From assembly GCF_001194135.2 (NCBI RefSeq), contig NC_068983.1:167941364-168005363 (forward strand): DNA of 64,000 bases. Direction: 5' to 3'. This DNA comes from Octopus bimaculoides (taxonomy: Eukaryota). Made by a program: the position numbers and the translations under genes. Each line of letters opens with the position of its first letter. Positions within the stretch are counted from its first letter, which is position 1. Under the pieces are notes generated by a model that worked only from the letters and a program-made list of their open reading frames with translations, had not been told where the DNA came from and searched no databases. Positions 1-13,651 of the stretch are shown piece by piece.

Positions 1-47
<47 letters not shown>

Positions 48-479
48 CACACATACATACATCCTCATCTGTTTTTCATGCTGTGCCTGGTTCCATAGTC
101 TGCTTAGGCACGGTTTCTACAGCAGGATGCCCTTCCTAACACCAACCACTTACCACTTTACAGAGTGTATCAGGTGCTGTTTACATGACACCACACACAC
201 ACATCTGTATATATACACACCGACATATATACACATACATCAATAGCCATGTAAACTAGTACACATGAATTGATCACTACACTGATCACTATCCAAAGTC
301 AAACAAAAACAAAAATCAATAAATCAGTTAAAAACCACAATAGAGTATTATTATTCTTTATATCTCATTATTGAGCCAAAAAAAGACGAAAGAGAAACAA
401 AGACAGGAATATATTACTTATTTCTAAGAGTTTCTATTCTATTTGCTTTAATGGACTAACTTGTAAACCATTCAATTTC

Positions 480-950
480 TGTCTATTAATCGACTTCAAT
501 TCATCATCATTGAATGTCTACTTTTGCATGTTTGCATGGCTCAGATGGAAAATGTTGAGGCAGATATTATGCAGCCAGATGCCTTTCTTGACACCAATCC
601 TTACCAATTTCCAAGCAAGGTAATATTTCTCCATGGCTGGACAGGCTTTTCATGGAAGACTAGAAGAGAACAACACTGCTTGTGTGACAGTGACACTCAT
701 TTACAACTGTCACAGGATATCAAAACCCCTGTTGTGTGTTGTACACACAAACACACACATATATGTATAAACATACACACATGATGGGCTTCTTCCAGTT
801 TCCATCTACCAAATCCACTTGCATGGCTTTGGTTAACCTAAGCTTATAGTAAGATACTTGCCCAAGGTGCCATGCAGTGGGACTGAACCTGAGACCACAT
901 GATTTGGAGAACAAGCTTCTCAACCACACGGCCATGCCTATGCCTAGCTG
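480..950 (-). mobile_element. SINE A1 copy
   Basis: Reverse complement of the 11875-12312 architecture (gacttgcccaaggtgccatgcagtgggactgaacc head). Confidence 0.85.
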
Positions 951-2077
951 TATAAAAAAATGTTCTTTGGTAAAAAGAATAAAAACAAGATTGTTAAAAA
1001 ATAAGGAACAAATCTACGGACTACAATGTCCATAACAAGTTACAGAATAAATGAGATATTTCAAGCTGATCTTCTTCGTAAAATACCAAACCAAAAGGGG
1101 GGGGGGGGGTGAGTAAAATTATTTATTGCTAATATTTTACTCCCTACTTAACAATAGGGTTTATCTGGTTGAGGAATAATATTTTAGAACACTTCTATAC
1201 TCTCATTTATAGATTTTAAATATAAATATGGATTTAGAAAGTAAATACTTAGGAGAAAAATAAAAAGATCATCGTCATTCAATGTCTGCCTTCCATGCTG
1301 GAAGTGCTTGAACAGTACAACAAAATCCGACAAGCCAGACGACAGCACATGGCTCCAGTGTCTGCTTTGGCATAGTTACTGGAGCTGGATGCCTTTCCTG
1401 ATGCCAGTTACTTTACAGTGTTCTGGGTGCTTCTTTTTTCCATGGCACCAACAGCAGTGTGGTTGCCAACGTCCATGACAAGACCTCTTAACATAATGGG
1501 GGTATAATATTCAGGGAGGTGGGCTACCGCAGCAGGAAAGGGAGAAAAGATGGAGATGAGTATCAGAGCATACACTCAAGATACAGGACGATGGATAAAG
1601 AATAGGGACAGGGAATTGAGGATGGATAGGTGGGTAGGTTGACAGATGATTAGAGATGAGGAGGATGCAGTGAATAGGAATCACTGTTTAATATCAACTA
1701 AAGGAAAATAGGAGCGGGAGAAGGAAGTGATAGATGGCAAAGTGGGGGGGGGGCAACATTATAATAAAAGCACATTTGAGAAATAAGGAGATGAAAAATA
1801 TAAATACAAGAAGATTAAAAAAGAAAAAGAGCAACATCTATTTGAGAAAAATCAAGTACCCATATTTCACAGATCAATAATCTTTCATGTACAAAAACAC
1901 CCTGAAAGAAAGTCACCTATAATATAATAGAGTGTCATTAAAAAGAATGGGGNNNNNNNNNNNNNNNGGGGGGGGGGGGTGAGAAGCACAGCATACAATG
2001 AGAGAATGTAACTGATACACACTAACATATAACCACTAGATTTTAACTATTGTACCAGTTTAGTAACAGTTCTTAAT

Positions 2078-2125
2078 ACTACTACTACTACTACTACTAC
2101 TAAGAAGAAGAAGAAGAAGAAGAGA
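2078..2125. repeat. Compound microsatellite (TAC)n(AAG)n
   Basis: Seen directly. It is one of dozens of (TA)n, (CA)n, (GA)n, (CAT)n and (ATT)n tracts in the window, e.g. 1-55, 27167-27230, 28860-28907 and 46397-46468. Confidence 0.95.
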
Positions 2126-2139
2126 TGTGGCTGTTTCAG

Positions 2140-2470
2140 CTGCTATGAACAAAACAGTTAAAGAACAGTAAAGAATAGGAAAATAGCAAGACTTCGTAAG
2201 GAGAATGCAAAAACTGTGGAGGGCTTCTGCAAAAGCAATCCCAGTGGTCACAGTTACCCTCAGAACCAACAGCAACAGAGGTGTCATCATCATTCAGATG
2301 GGAATAATGAGGATTGCATTGATGTGTATACATATCTTGTTTCTATTTGGAACTGCAAATGGTCCTGGATATCTAAGGAAACTAGTGGAGACCTGGTATC
2401 AAGGACATCAAATGCAACACATCTGGTGATTACAAGTGACTACAGTTTTGTAGTCACTTCTACTACATAC
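2140..2470 (+). mobile_element. R4/Dong-like element 3'-end fragment
   Basis: MQKLWRASAKAIPVVTVTL...LFGTAN..YLRKL resembles the LW...V.PIVIGALG...LGTARILR C-terminus seen at 39480-39660. Confidence 0.55.
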
Positions 2471-2877
2471 TAAGAACAGTAAAATATATTTTATGTCAAG
2501 AGGACAATAAGATCAACACCATCTGCTGTCAATCGTGGTGGCTGTAGAGGTATTTGTTGAAGCCCATGATAAAAATTGATTTAATCACAGATCTTATACT
2601 TCACCATATTTTACAGCCGTCTAGTTAAATATGCACTTTTGTAATTTAAAATGTTGCCCTTAAAACTGAAAAACAAAAAATATTGCATAGCAGAAAAGGT
2701 AGAAGCCAGAAAAAGGTAAGACTCTTTTCAGTAAATTGACAAGAATTTCAAATATTGCTACATAAGTTAATGTAGTTCTCTTAACACTGTTAAAAGTTGG
2801 TGTAAATTCATGAGCGCCTTAAGATAAATTATCAGGGAAAATAAAATTATATGCAGACGAAACAAATATATAAAATT

Positions 2878-2972
2878 TTGTGCTTACAACACTGAAAAAT
2901 AAAACTATATGCTTATAGCACAAAAAAATAAAATCATGTGCTTACAACACTGAAAAATAAATTACATGCTTA
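2878..2972. repeat. ~29-bp tandem repeat, ~3.3 copies, just inside the intron after the 805-nt exon
   Basis: tgcttacaacactgaaaaataaaactata / tgcttatagcacaaaaaaataaaatcatg / tgcttacaacactgaaaaataaattaca / tgcttag. Confidence 0.8.
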
Positions 2973-2989
2973 GAACTCAGATAACTTAC

Positions 2990-3794
2990 CAGAACTTTGA
3001 ATAGTCTCACAAGGATAATAGGTGGGTGTATGTGCTTCACCAGATTTCTCTTTAAATAGTTTCACACGATTGTCAAAAACCTTCAAATAAGGATCTGGAC
3101 TTTCCCATTGGGAAAGAATTTTATTATCAATAAGTGTTGTGAACATTTGAGTTTCTATAAACGGTGAAAGAAATGGTAAATAAGCTTCTGGCTGATCACT
3201 CAAGAATGCAGCTTTGTCAAAGTTTTGCATCATTTCACGGTTGCTCAGCCATTGTTCCATGTTTTGTGAAGATGGAATGACAAATGATTCATAAGAACAG
3301 AACATATGTACAAAACGATTGAGAAAGACTTCACGTACAGCACTGTTAAATTTGTGCTCAATCAATTCTTTTGAAGGCATAACGGACACATCTTTAGTTA
3401 ATGTTTGACTCATAGAGTCTTTGTTTCGGTTGTTGTCAGATGGATCATCGAAAGAATCCCAAACACCTGCCTTTTTGGCCAAGGTTGATATTTTAACCCA
3501 TGCTTCGTTGTTTTGCAGCATTTCCCATTTCTTTTCAGGAGATGTGTTCCAACTATGTTGGTCACTGAACAATGATGAGGCACTCTGTTTACGTTGCCCT
3601 CCCCCCTTCCGTGAACCATACAAAAGCTTCCGATCAAGGCTCTGGCTTGTGTAATTGTCCTTACTAAATTCACTACGGTACCGAGACAATAACGCTGATA
3701 ATTCCAATATCATATCTTTTTGGTGTGGAAATAATGGTAAATCCTCAGGAATGTCCACATTATTCTCATCAATATCCACAAAACACATACTAGC
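2990..3794 (-). CDS. DENND5: DENND5 coding exon (end of cDENN, linker, dDENN), 805 nt, phase 0->1
   Basis: tatcttttcAG|GCT AGT ATG...TCT G|GTAAGT. Encodes ASMCFVDIDEN...VREVFLNRFVHMF..YE.FVI...NFDKAAFLSDQPEAYLPFLSPFIETQMF..IDNK, a dDENN typical of DENND5A/B. Confidence 0.97.
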
Positions 3795-5134
3795 CTGAAA
3801 AGATAGGAAAACATTCAGTGTTGAGGACACAATGAATTATTCAATTCTCAATCTATGGATTGATTAAATGAAATACAACAACTAAAATGAAACAAGATAC
3901 AAACAGACAGTTTTTAAAGTTTGTTAAGTTAAAGTAATACAATTCTTTTAGCATTCTATTCAGTATGAACTGTGAAGGATTAGCTTCTGTAACCATATTT
4001 CTACTGAAATACTCTATCTTTGTTTCAATTTATTGTGAAAATAAAGAATTTAGTAAAATAATTATCATATTAAAATATTGATTCGAACACACATTAACAT
4101 GGAATCTTGATCACTTGGAAGCAGGAAGTCTGTATCTTAAAACCAAGGAGAGTCTCTAGTAGGTTGGTATCAAACAGTTTAATCCTTGTGTTACCATATT
4201 CTATTCAAATATGCAACCTTTCTTTTTCAGAACATCATTTAACATGAAATTTTGATGAAAGGTTTAATTTTGATGACTTTAGAACAGGAAGTCTGTATCG
4301 TACAACTTCAAAATGCTTAATCACACTTCAAGACTGTTGAGATCTAAAATAAACTTTTAGCTTGGAATCAGTCCCACATGTCTGCCTATAACCTACAGTC
4401 CTACATTACAGAGAAAAATAAAAAGAAGGGGGGGGGACTCAAGTTTTATGCTAAATAACAACAACTCCAGTACAGTTGTTGTTTAGAACCAAAACAGCCT
4501 TGAATGAAGATATTCAGGACAAAAAGTATTCCATCCTTGATCATCCCTCTTTACTCAGGCATTGCTTACCCTGGATCACATCATCTAATGTATCCTTTTT
4601 TATTTTAAAATAGACTTTACATAATGTAATTTGAGGGTGATGTAACTGCAATTTCTAGCAAGTCATGCAACCACAGAGAAGCTCCCTAAGTACCATAGGG
4701 AAAATATGGCATTTTAACACTTTGAGCATATTAAAGTATTATATTTATTATTTATGTGTTGATAATAATTTTTACTTGTTTAATGTATGTAGTATTACAT
4801 CAGTGTATACACCCATTTCTGTACCACACATTATCACCACCAACCAACTACTAAACTTTTTTGAAACAGTTGTAAAGATTTTTGCACCAAATATGTTTAT
4901 GTAACATCTTTCAGAAATGATATAATACCAGATCTAATTACCTGTCCATTTTTTTGTCTCTGTTCATAAAATGAGTGAATGAAATGAAGAAACATCTTAA
5001 GTCATTGATTCTCGTGTCAAAATGTTTGCTCAATAAACAAATATTATAGCAGAAATCTTATGGAACATATTTAATGTATGCATGTTTAAAGAAGAGAGGA
5101 GAACTGGTATTTATTTGAAATGGTATTGTCTTAC

Positions 5135-5319
5135 CTCACTAGGAAGTTTCAATTCCGACCGATCCTCTTGCCCATGATGAAGACCCATGATGAAAGGGAC
5201 TGGTGCATCAAGAAAATGAGACAGAGATGCCGGCAAGATTGGAACATAGACATGCTGCCATGTAAAGGGGAAAATAAGGGTGCACAGGGCTTCAGCCACC
5301 AACATGAGTCTCTGGTAAT
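5135..5319 (-). CDS. DENND5: DENND5 coding exon (cDENN core), 185 nt, phase 1->0
   Basis: tgtatttcAG|AT TAC CAG...AGT GAG|GTAAGA. Encodes (D)[61 protein letters not shown], with the canonical [17 protein letters not shown]...FLDAPVP motif. Confidence 0.97.
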
Positions 5320-5988
5320 CTGAAATACAGAAATATCATCATCATCATAACAATTACTATAATATTATTAAGGTCTCTTATGATTTAGAACATTGGAAAT
5401 AAAAGTTTTTCATTCATTTTAGGTTCATTTTCCCACGTTTGCATGGGTAAGTTGAATATATTGAGGCATTGTTTTACAGCTGGATGCCCTTTTTGTTGCC
5501 AACTCTTAGTGGGTTTTGGAATAAGGGAGCTCTTATTTCACACATCATCAAAAGGCTGAAGTGAGATGATGATTTGCCAACAGATGTAACAATGAGCACA
5601 CTGCATGAAGACACTTCTCAAGCTCAAATGTAAACAAACAAACACATACATACATGCAAAATATTTCCAGTGATTGGAAAGAAATGAAATTAAGCCCGTT
5701 AGATACAGAGTTAATTTAAATGTGAAATTGAGCACAAATGAGTTGAGAACCCAACTGGACATCAAAACTGATTCTTTCAAGAGAAATGGCTGGAGTAGAA
5801 GTGATAAGTTGTCATACACTTACGGCTCTCTGCAACTTCCATCATTTGCAATGCAAATCAATGATGCAAGCTAAAGGGGGAAAAGTACCTTACATGAATG
5901 GCAGAAGATTGTTCAAGGGGTAAATTAAGAAAGTGAGAGTATGTAAGGGATAATAAATAGATATCAGATTGTAAACCATTTCAATAGG

Positions 5989-6065
5989 TTAGTGAGGCAT
6001 AAAGAAATGTTTGCTGTACATAAGGGGGCATGGGGCTTCAACCAACAACATGAGCCTCTGGTAAT
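5989..6065 (-). pseudogene. Degenerate duplicate of the 5' part of DENND5 exon 5135-5319 with intact acceptor and in-frame stop
   Basis: cacattttcAG|ATTACCAGAGGCTCATGTTGTTGGTTGAAGCCCCATGCCCCCTTAT matches the first 46 nt of the real exon with 6 mismatches. Translation is (D)YQRLMLLVEAPCPLMYSKHFFMPH* versus (D)[26 protein letters not shown]. Confidence 0.8.
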
Positions 6066-7022
6066 CTGAAAATGTGGTGAGGTATACTGAAATGTTCAGC
6101 TTGTCTAGTAATAGAGAGAAACCTACATTAAGACGGTGGCTCTGTTCATAATAATGACAGTTACAATGGTGATGACAGTGACAACAAAGATAAATTTAAA
6201 TAACCGACATTGATTAATACTTTCTAAATATAAATGGTTAAGTCAAAGTAATGGCAGTGAGGTTCTAAGTTGGCAAAGAGTAGAAAAACATCCAAAACAA
6301 TATCTATAACCCTTTTTATTTGTTTCCATTTTGTATCTTTGTTCTTTGACATCATCATCCTTTAATACTCTCATTCCATAATGGCATGGGTTAGCTGATT
6401 TGACAGGATCCAATCAGTACAAAGACTGCATCATGACCCAATGGCTTCTTTGGTATGCTTTCTACAGCTGAGTGCTCTTTCCAATGCCAACCACTTTATA
6501 GTATGTACTGGTTGTATTGTTTGTGCTACCAACACAAGTGAGGTTGCCAGGCAACTGGCAAGACCATAAACCCCAAGAGAGATAACTTTATGCTAGGAGA
6601 TGAGGGGTTAAAACATGAGAGAAGGAGCCAGAGTAAAGCAATTTGATTCAAAATTCCTCCATACTAACCATTTCTTTGGTCACTATTCCACTATCAATTA
6701 TAACCAACTCTAATATAAAACATGTTCTACCAAATTCAACATCTCATACCATTAAGTTCAAAAACGAATCTAAACCTGACTGATAGCATTATTAGTTTAG
6801 AAAATAAATTATTTTATTTCCTCGTTATGTTTATAGTTGTCTTCACTATAAATATATATACATTTCCAGATGTATGAAGTCAGACAGGCTCTGCACATCT
6901 GAAGATGCAGTTACTGATCCATGCCGATGAAACTTTGAATAGTGTAAAGCTGAGTCAGTCTGTGATTAAATAGTTGCAACTCTAATCGGTGTTGAGTGCT
7001 GCTTTCTTTTGTTTGTTCACAT

Positions 7023-7057
<35 letters not shown>

Positions 7058-7096
7058 ATAAACACAGCTATAAAAACACACACACAGTAAACACTG

Positions 7097-7136
<40 letters not shown>

Positions 7137-8204
7137 AACATTGCTATAAACATATAATTTGAGAATATCTAAACGTATACCTTTATTACAGTTCATAACT
7201 GAAATTCATATGTAAGTATTACAATTAGTTAGGAATTATATATACTCTGCACTAGCTGCTTACTTATATGAAGATATGTTGCATAAAACCATTCTGAAAT
7301 GTGGTATGTCACTGGCTACAAACCTACAATTTCAAAATGGTTACAACTATTTCGTTAGGAAAAACCAAAACATATCATTAATGTTACATTATAATTATGT
7401 TAAATGAAAACACTAGCTTTGCTTGATTACAGAAGGAAAGTATCTACTAGTGTGCTGTTGAAATCTGTAGAAACATAATAAAAGTGCTCCAACAGATTAC
7501 GGTTAACCATCAAGACAAGAAACTTGAATTGGGAAATATATAGCAGAAAAAACTTGTTGGTTACAAAAGAGTCATATGCCATAAAATTATTAATTTCACC
7601 AACAGAAAGAAACAACATAAAAAGAAAAAGAAAAAAACCTAAGTGAAATCAAGAATTGACTAAATAAGACAAATATTATATTCCTAAAAAAATCTGCTCA
7701 TAATTCAGGACAAAAGATTTCAAATGACTTCAAGGGGAAAATTTTATTTTACAATTAAAAAAAAAAATCGTTATTCAATCTAATTTTAATTTAAAAATCA
7801 TGATATTTAAGATGAAAGTAAAATACATTTAAGAAGAAAAAAATCTATGAATAAAATATTGGAAAATTATAAACCAACTTCAGATATCTTCATGATTTTT
7901 TATTGTTTAAACTTTTAGTATTTCTAAAATACCTGTTCTGCCTCCTTCCTTCATATCCTAACCTTCCATTACCTGCAATAAAGCTACCTTCCTCTACTGC
8001 AGCCCCACTTGGCCATTTTGTGACTTGCAAAATGACTATGAAAAAGAGCACCAATACAATTTGTAAAGTGGTTGGCATTAAAAAGGGCATACAATCACAG
8101 AAACCATGCCAAACCAGACAGTAGACCACAACATAGTTCTCTGAGCAGTGGGAACTTGTCCAATCATCCAACCCATGCCAACATCGAAGACAGACATTAA
8201 AATT

Positions 8205-9775
8205 TAGGATGATTATGGTTTGGTTTTGTGCCAGGAAGAAGCACCACTGATGCTGTATTTCTGGTAAGGCAGCTGTAAGAGAAATACAGAGCCAAAGATA
8301 AACCTCTGCACTTGGCTTTTGTTGACTTGGAGAAAGCTTTTGACAGGGTACCCCGATCCCTTATCTGGTGGTTGATGTGGAAACTAGGGATAGACAAGTG
8401 GTTGGTGAGAGCTGTACTAGCCATGTATAGGGATGCTACCAGTAAGGTGAGGGTTGGCAATGAGTATAGCAAAGAATTTAGGGTACAAGTTGGGGTTCAC
8501 CAAGGATCAGTGCTCAACCCCTTCTTGTCCATCATAGCCCTCCTCACAATAACAGAGGAATTTAAAGATTCAATCTGTAAAAAAGGCATAGGTAGAAACT
8601 CCATAAGATGCACCCGGTGTAAGCTTTGGACACATAAAAGGTGCAGGAATATCAGAGGAAGGTTAACTGAGAAAATAGCTTCTGTATGTGGAAGATGTAC
8701 AGGTACAATAAACACTGAAAATGTGCAGAAAATAAACTCCATCAACTGGGGTGGGGGTGGGGGGTAAGCTAGAGGAAGTAGATATATTCTGTTATCTAGG
8801 TGACGATGTTAGTAGCAGAGGTGGATGCTCCGAGAGTGTAGCTGTGAGAATAAGATAAGGCTCGGCAAAGTTCAGTGAGATCCTACCCTGCTGGCAACAA
8901 AGGGCCGCTCTCCTAGAGTGAAAGGCAGATTGTATGATGCCTGTGTGTGAATAGCTATGCTACATGGCAGTGAAACATGGGCTGTGACAACTGAGGACAT
9001 GCATAAGCTTGAAAGAAATGAAGCTGGCATGCTTCACTGGATGTGCAATGTCAGCGTGCATGTTCAACAGAGTGTAAGCATCTTGAGAGAAAATTTAGGC
9101 ATACAAGGCATCAGATGTGGTGTGCAAGAGAGACGACTGCACTGCTTTGGTCATCTGGTGTGTAATGAATGAGGGCAACTGCATAAAGATGTGTCGACCT
9201 CCAACTGTGTAGGGAACCTGTGGTAGAAGGAGACCCAGGACAAGGTGGTGAAGCATGATCTTCGAACATTGGGCCTTACAGACCTGTCAAATCAAGTGAA
9301 ATCATAGTCGTGGCTGATGCTGGTGCCACATAACTGGCACCCATGCCGCTGGCACGTAAAAAGCACCTTTCAAGTGTTGGGTCCAAACAAAATGGCTGAA
9401 CTCCTTTTGAGTGTTGGGCCATACAGAAGCAATGACCAAGACCTTTGGCATTGAGCGTTGGGCTTCACAGAGGCAAAGTAGCTCTAAGTTCCTTTCAAGT
9501 GTTGGGCCTCATGGGGGCAATGACCAAGACCTTTGGCATTTGTCGTGCTTGAGAAGAAGACCCTTTCAAGCTGAGCAAAATCGTGATACCGGTCTCATGC
9601 ACGTAAAAGCACCGAATACACTCTCGGAGTGGTTGGCATTAGGAAGGACATCCAGCTATAGAAACACCATGCCAAATCAGACTGGAGTCTGGTGCAGCCT
9701 TTCAGCTTGCCAGCCCTGGTCAAACTGTCCAACCCATGCCAGCATGGACAATGGATGTTAAATGATGATGATGAT
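8205..9775 (+). mobile_element. RTE-clade LINE, 5'-truncated, internally deleted, decayed
   Basis: FGFVPGRSTTDAVF, AFVDLEKAFDRVPR, GVHQGSVLNP, LHGSETWAVT..., then a 3'UTR and (GAT)n tail at ~9760-9775. The YADD region is deleted near 8568 relative to the copy at 61890-63690. Confidence 0.9.
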
Positions 9776-11004
9776 TATTATTATATGTAATTTATCTGAA
9801 TTGAATTCCATGTCTTGCAACTCAAGTTTCAAACCAACAGTCATTTATGGTGTGAAACTCAAGTCATGAGAAAATGAATTCCATTTAAATAAACCTGAAA
9901 GTCAACATTATGTAATGTTCCCTTCTTCATTTGTCAACAAACTAATTTTTTAACACTTTTATATATAAGATTTGAAAACTAATATTTAAATAAATGATTA
10001 TGAACAAACTTAGAAAATTTCTCATTTATCAAATTCCTTTTAAAGCAAGTTACCTAAATAGAAAATATCCAAGATTTATTTAACTTCCTACAGGTGTTTA
10101 CAATTAATTTCAACAAGTTTTAAACAAGAGCCAAAATCCTAATCAAAGCCATTAAAAATGTTACAAACACAATTTTAATTATATTGTGTGAAATATTTTT
10201 GTCTAAGCCTAAACAGGTATGAAGACAACTGTATATATTACTTGCATTATATATTCATAAAAACTGAAATGCAGTAAATCTTGGAATAGAAGTTGTGTTT
10301 ATATCTGCTTTAAATGCCTTGCAGAATGCTTTCCAAGCTGGGAAAAAAAGTACGTACAGGAATTATTTTTGATTATATAAATACATAAGTATTTTGGAAA
10401 TTACAAAAATTAAAACAACAGGTGTTTACTTTATCTAAATATTAACTTGCAGTCATGCTCTCAACTATTCTAATCAGATCAGGTGATAATAATACAGGTA
10501 ACAACATGTTACATTCTCTGATATTTGAAAATTTTGGACTAGAACAAGCAAACAGGAAGGAAGGGGTTGAAAATGAGTGAAAACATCACAGTTAACCATC
10601 TTCATCATTTAGTGTCTATTTTTGATGGTGGCATGGGTTAGATGGTTTGACTGGAACTGGTAAGCTGTACAAGGTTCCAGTTTGGATTGGCATGTTTTCT
10701 ACAGCTGGGTGCCTTTCCTAATGCCAACCACTCCAAGAGTGTAATGGATACTTTTTATGTGCCACTGGTATGGATGCCATTTGTGTGACACCGGCAGAGG
10801 TGTTTTTACATGTCACCAACATGGCTGCCTGTTATGTGTCACCAGCACCAAACACAGCAATGATTTCACTTGGCTTCCCAAGTCTTCTCAAGCACAGTAA
10901 ACCAATATTTTTCAGTCTATATAAAACATAAAAATTCAATTTAGCAATTTGATTTACACTAGAGTAACAGGAGCTTCAAAAGCAAAACTATTATGTGTCT
11001 TTTA

Positions 11005-11430
11005 TTAATCCTTTTGATGCAAACTCATCTGACTATCATCCCTGGTTCTGTTACAAACTTCTTGTTTGAAAAATATCTAAATTTAAATGTTCTACCAAAA
11101 TTCCTGGTATACTTAAGTTCAAAACATCAGCTTAATAAGTTATTTAATTAAGGTCTTCATTATTTTCAAAATTAATTGAGATAAAGGTAATTCCATCAGA
11201 AAGATGATAATGAAAGGAGTTAACCCTTCTGATACCTACTTGCTTGTCACCTCCCCTACTTGTATGGTATAAATTCCTTGTTTTAAAATGCTTCAAATGA
11301 ACACCACCCATCAACATTTCAGATTCACATATATTCTAAACACCAGGTTTAGGACAAAGTCATTTTACTAAATTCTTTGTTATTTTCAGAATTAATTGAA
11401 ACCCAGATAATATATTTCAACACCAACTAA
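11005..11430. mobile_element. Two adjacent degenerate TTAA-MITE copies of another family sharing a TTAA at 11220-11223
   Basis: ttaatccttttgat...gaaaggag TTAA cccttctgatacc... Both carry tt.ttattttca.aattaattga. Related fragments occur at ~3975-4330. Confidence 0.55.
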
Positions 11431-11874
11431 TCCTTGTGAGTGAAATTGAAAGACAGAAGCTGTAATGGAAGCTTGTCATACATGTGTGTGTGTGTGTGTG
11501 TGTGTGCATATATATCATCATTTAATGATGATGTATACGCATGCATGCACACACACACATGCTACAAATGGCCCTGGATGCAAAATGACAACAGTACATG
11601 ACTAATAAGCATCTCTAGGAAGCCTTCCAAAAGTGATGGGCAGCACAACACAGAATGAGGTCCCAGCAAATCAAATCATTGAATGTGACACCAGGAAGAG
11701 GCATCAAAACCTGTGCTCTGCGGCCCTCACACTTGTGCGAGACTTTGATATTTACTGAGAACCTGAAGTAAGACACAAGATTGGATTTTAGCCATGAACT
11801 GAAGGTGACGAGGATGGATCGAGATGCTTAGTGAAGAGGCTTTGAGGAACAGATGAAAGCCTAGCCAAAGTAAG

Positions 11875-12312
11875 CGTATAGGTACAGGTGTGGCTGTGCG
11901 ATTAAGAAGGTTGTTTCTAAACCATATTGTCTTGAGTTCAGTCCTATTGTGTGACAACTTGGGCAAGTCTTCTGCCATAGCACTGGGATGACCAAAGCTT
12001 TGTGAGTGAATTTGGTAGAAGAAACTAAAAGAAGCCCATCAGATATGTATGTGTGAGGGTGGGTGTGAGGGTGGGTGTGAGGGTGGGTGTATCCTTGTCT
12101 TGACATCATGTGATGATTGTATATGAGCATCATCATACAAGCAATGTTGTTTGTTTCCAGTCATGTAAAACATGTTTTAGCAATGGGGAAAACATGTGAG
12201 AATTGGTGACAGGAAGGGCATCCAGCCATAGAAAATCTGCTTCAAACAAATTCCATCTGACCCATGCAAGTTCAGAAAAGCGGATGTTTAAATGATGATG
12301 ATGATGATGACA
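11875..12312 (+). mobile_element. tRNA-derived SINE family A1, full length (head, (GT)n-like tract, GGAAGGGCATCC core, (GAT)n tail)
   Basis: Head gtggctgtgcgattaagaag...gagttcagtcc (A/B-box-like), ttgggcaagtcttct, core gacaggaagggcatccagcc, tail gatgatgatgatga. Confidence 0.85.
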
Positions 12313-12999
12313 GGTTTACATTCTGCATCTTCACATGAAACTGTTTGAGTGAAACGATAACGTTTACAGGCCCTACTAACAAACTGCCTCACACCTCCAG
12401 GCTTTTGAAAAGAAATAAAATTAAAATATTCCCTTATTTGAAGAATAGTTAAGGGTTTGTGGCAGGGAGGGCATCTAGCTGTAAAATAATGCTACAATAA
12501 TAAATACTCATCCACCCCAAGGCAACATGGGAAAATAAAATGGATATAAAATGAATGAACATTTGTAGCGACATATTTTCATATTTTGTGGCAAGATGAA
12601 TGTGACAAAATACAAAAAAAAAAAAAATCATATTGCTTGTAGTTTTGACTGTATCAAAACATTTTAATCATTTTTGATAGCTTCTGCAAAATATATTGTA
12701 GCACACAACATGAATTAAAGATGAAGCAAATTTTATTACAGGATTGTGTGTTCGGTAATTTGTTTTAGCATGATTAAGGTCATACTGGAACACCACTTGT
12801 AGATGTAATAAGCAATCAAAACAAGAATGTTACACAACTGACACTGCAAGTGATTATCAATTAAGGAAAGTATGTGATTATCATAATTTCCAAATGTTCA
12901 AGTTTCCATATTTCTTCATTGATAAGAATATGTTACTAAAAGGCAGAGATGAAAAGGAAAAAGATTAATGAAAAAAATATGCTCCTTAACTAGCCAGTA

Positions 13000-13044
<45 letters not shown>

Positions 13045-13054
13045 NNNNNNNNNN

Positions 13055-13095
<41 letters not shown>

Positions 13096-13619
13096 TGCAG
13101 ACATCTATGCATGTCTGTGACTCAGGCCAAACATGTAATCAGAAAGTGTCAGCTTCATTTTCTACATTAATATTATAAGCATTCCACAATTTTGAATAGA
13201 AGCCAAAAATGGCATTAAAGAAAACCCTCAACAATAGCATATAATTTGCATCAATTGCCTTTTGGGGGTTACATATGTGCACCTATCATGTGTGTGTGTG
13301 TGTGTGTGTAATTTTATTTTCTTGATGCTATCAAATGATAAAATTAGAACCCTAAAAGGGGGAAAAAAATTATGGATTATATCAAAACAAATTTCGCAAT
13401 TTAAGATTTTAAATTGATGCCAATTGGTGCCAAAGGTGAAAAAAAAAATGTTCTTATTCCTCAAAAACACAGTAGTACCCAAGAGAAAAATTAGTCAGGG
13501 AAGAAGTTTCATTATGACATCAATACATCAAGTTTAATGTTGCAAAGGAAATAACTTGAGCTCAGTGAAATACATCCTGAAATATTTAACCATAAATGGT
13601 GATTTTTGAATATAGATAA

Positions 13620-13651
<32 letters not shown>

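Noticed and set aside
3410-3673. Overlapping alternative-frame and antisense ORFs within the 805-nt exon
   Set aside because: Short, no motifs, and expected by chance over a coding exon.
11880-11960. tRNA genes
   Set aside because: The A/B-box-like heads belong to SINEs. They have no complete cloverleaf and continue into SINE bodies.
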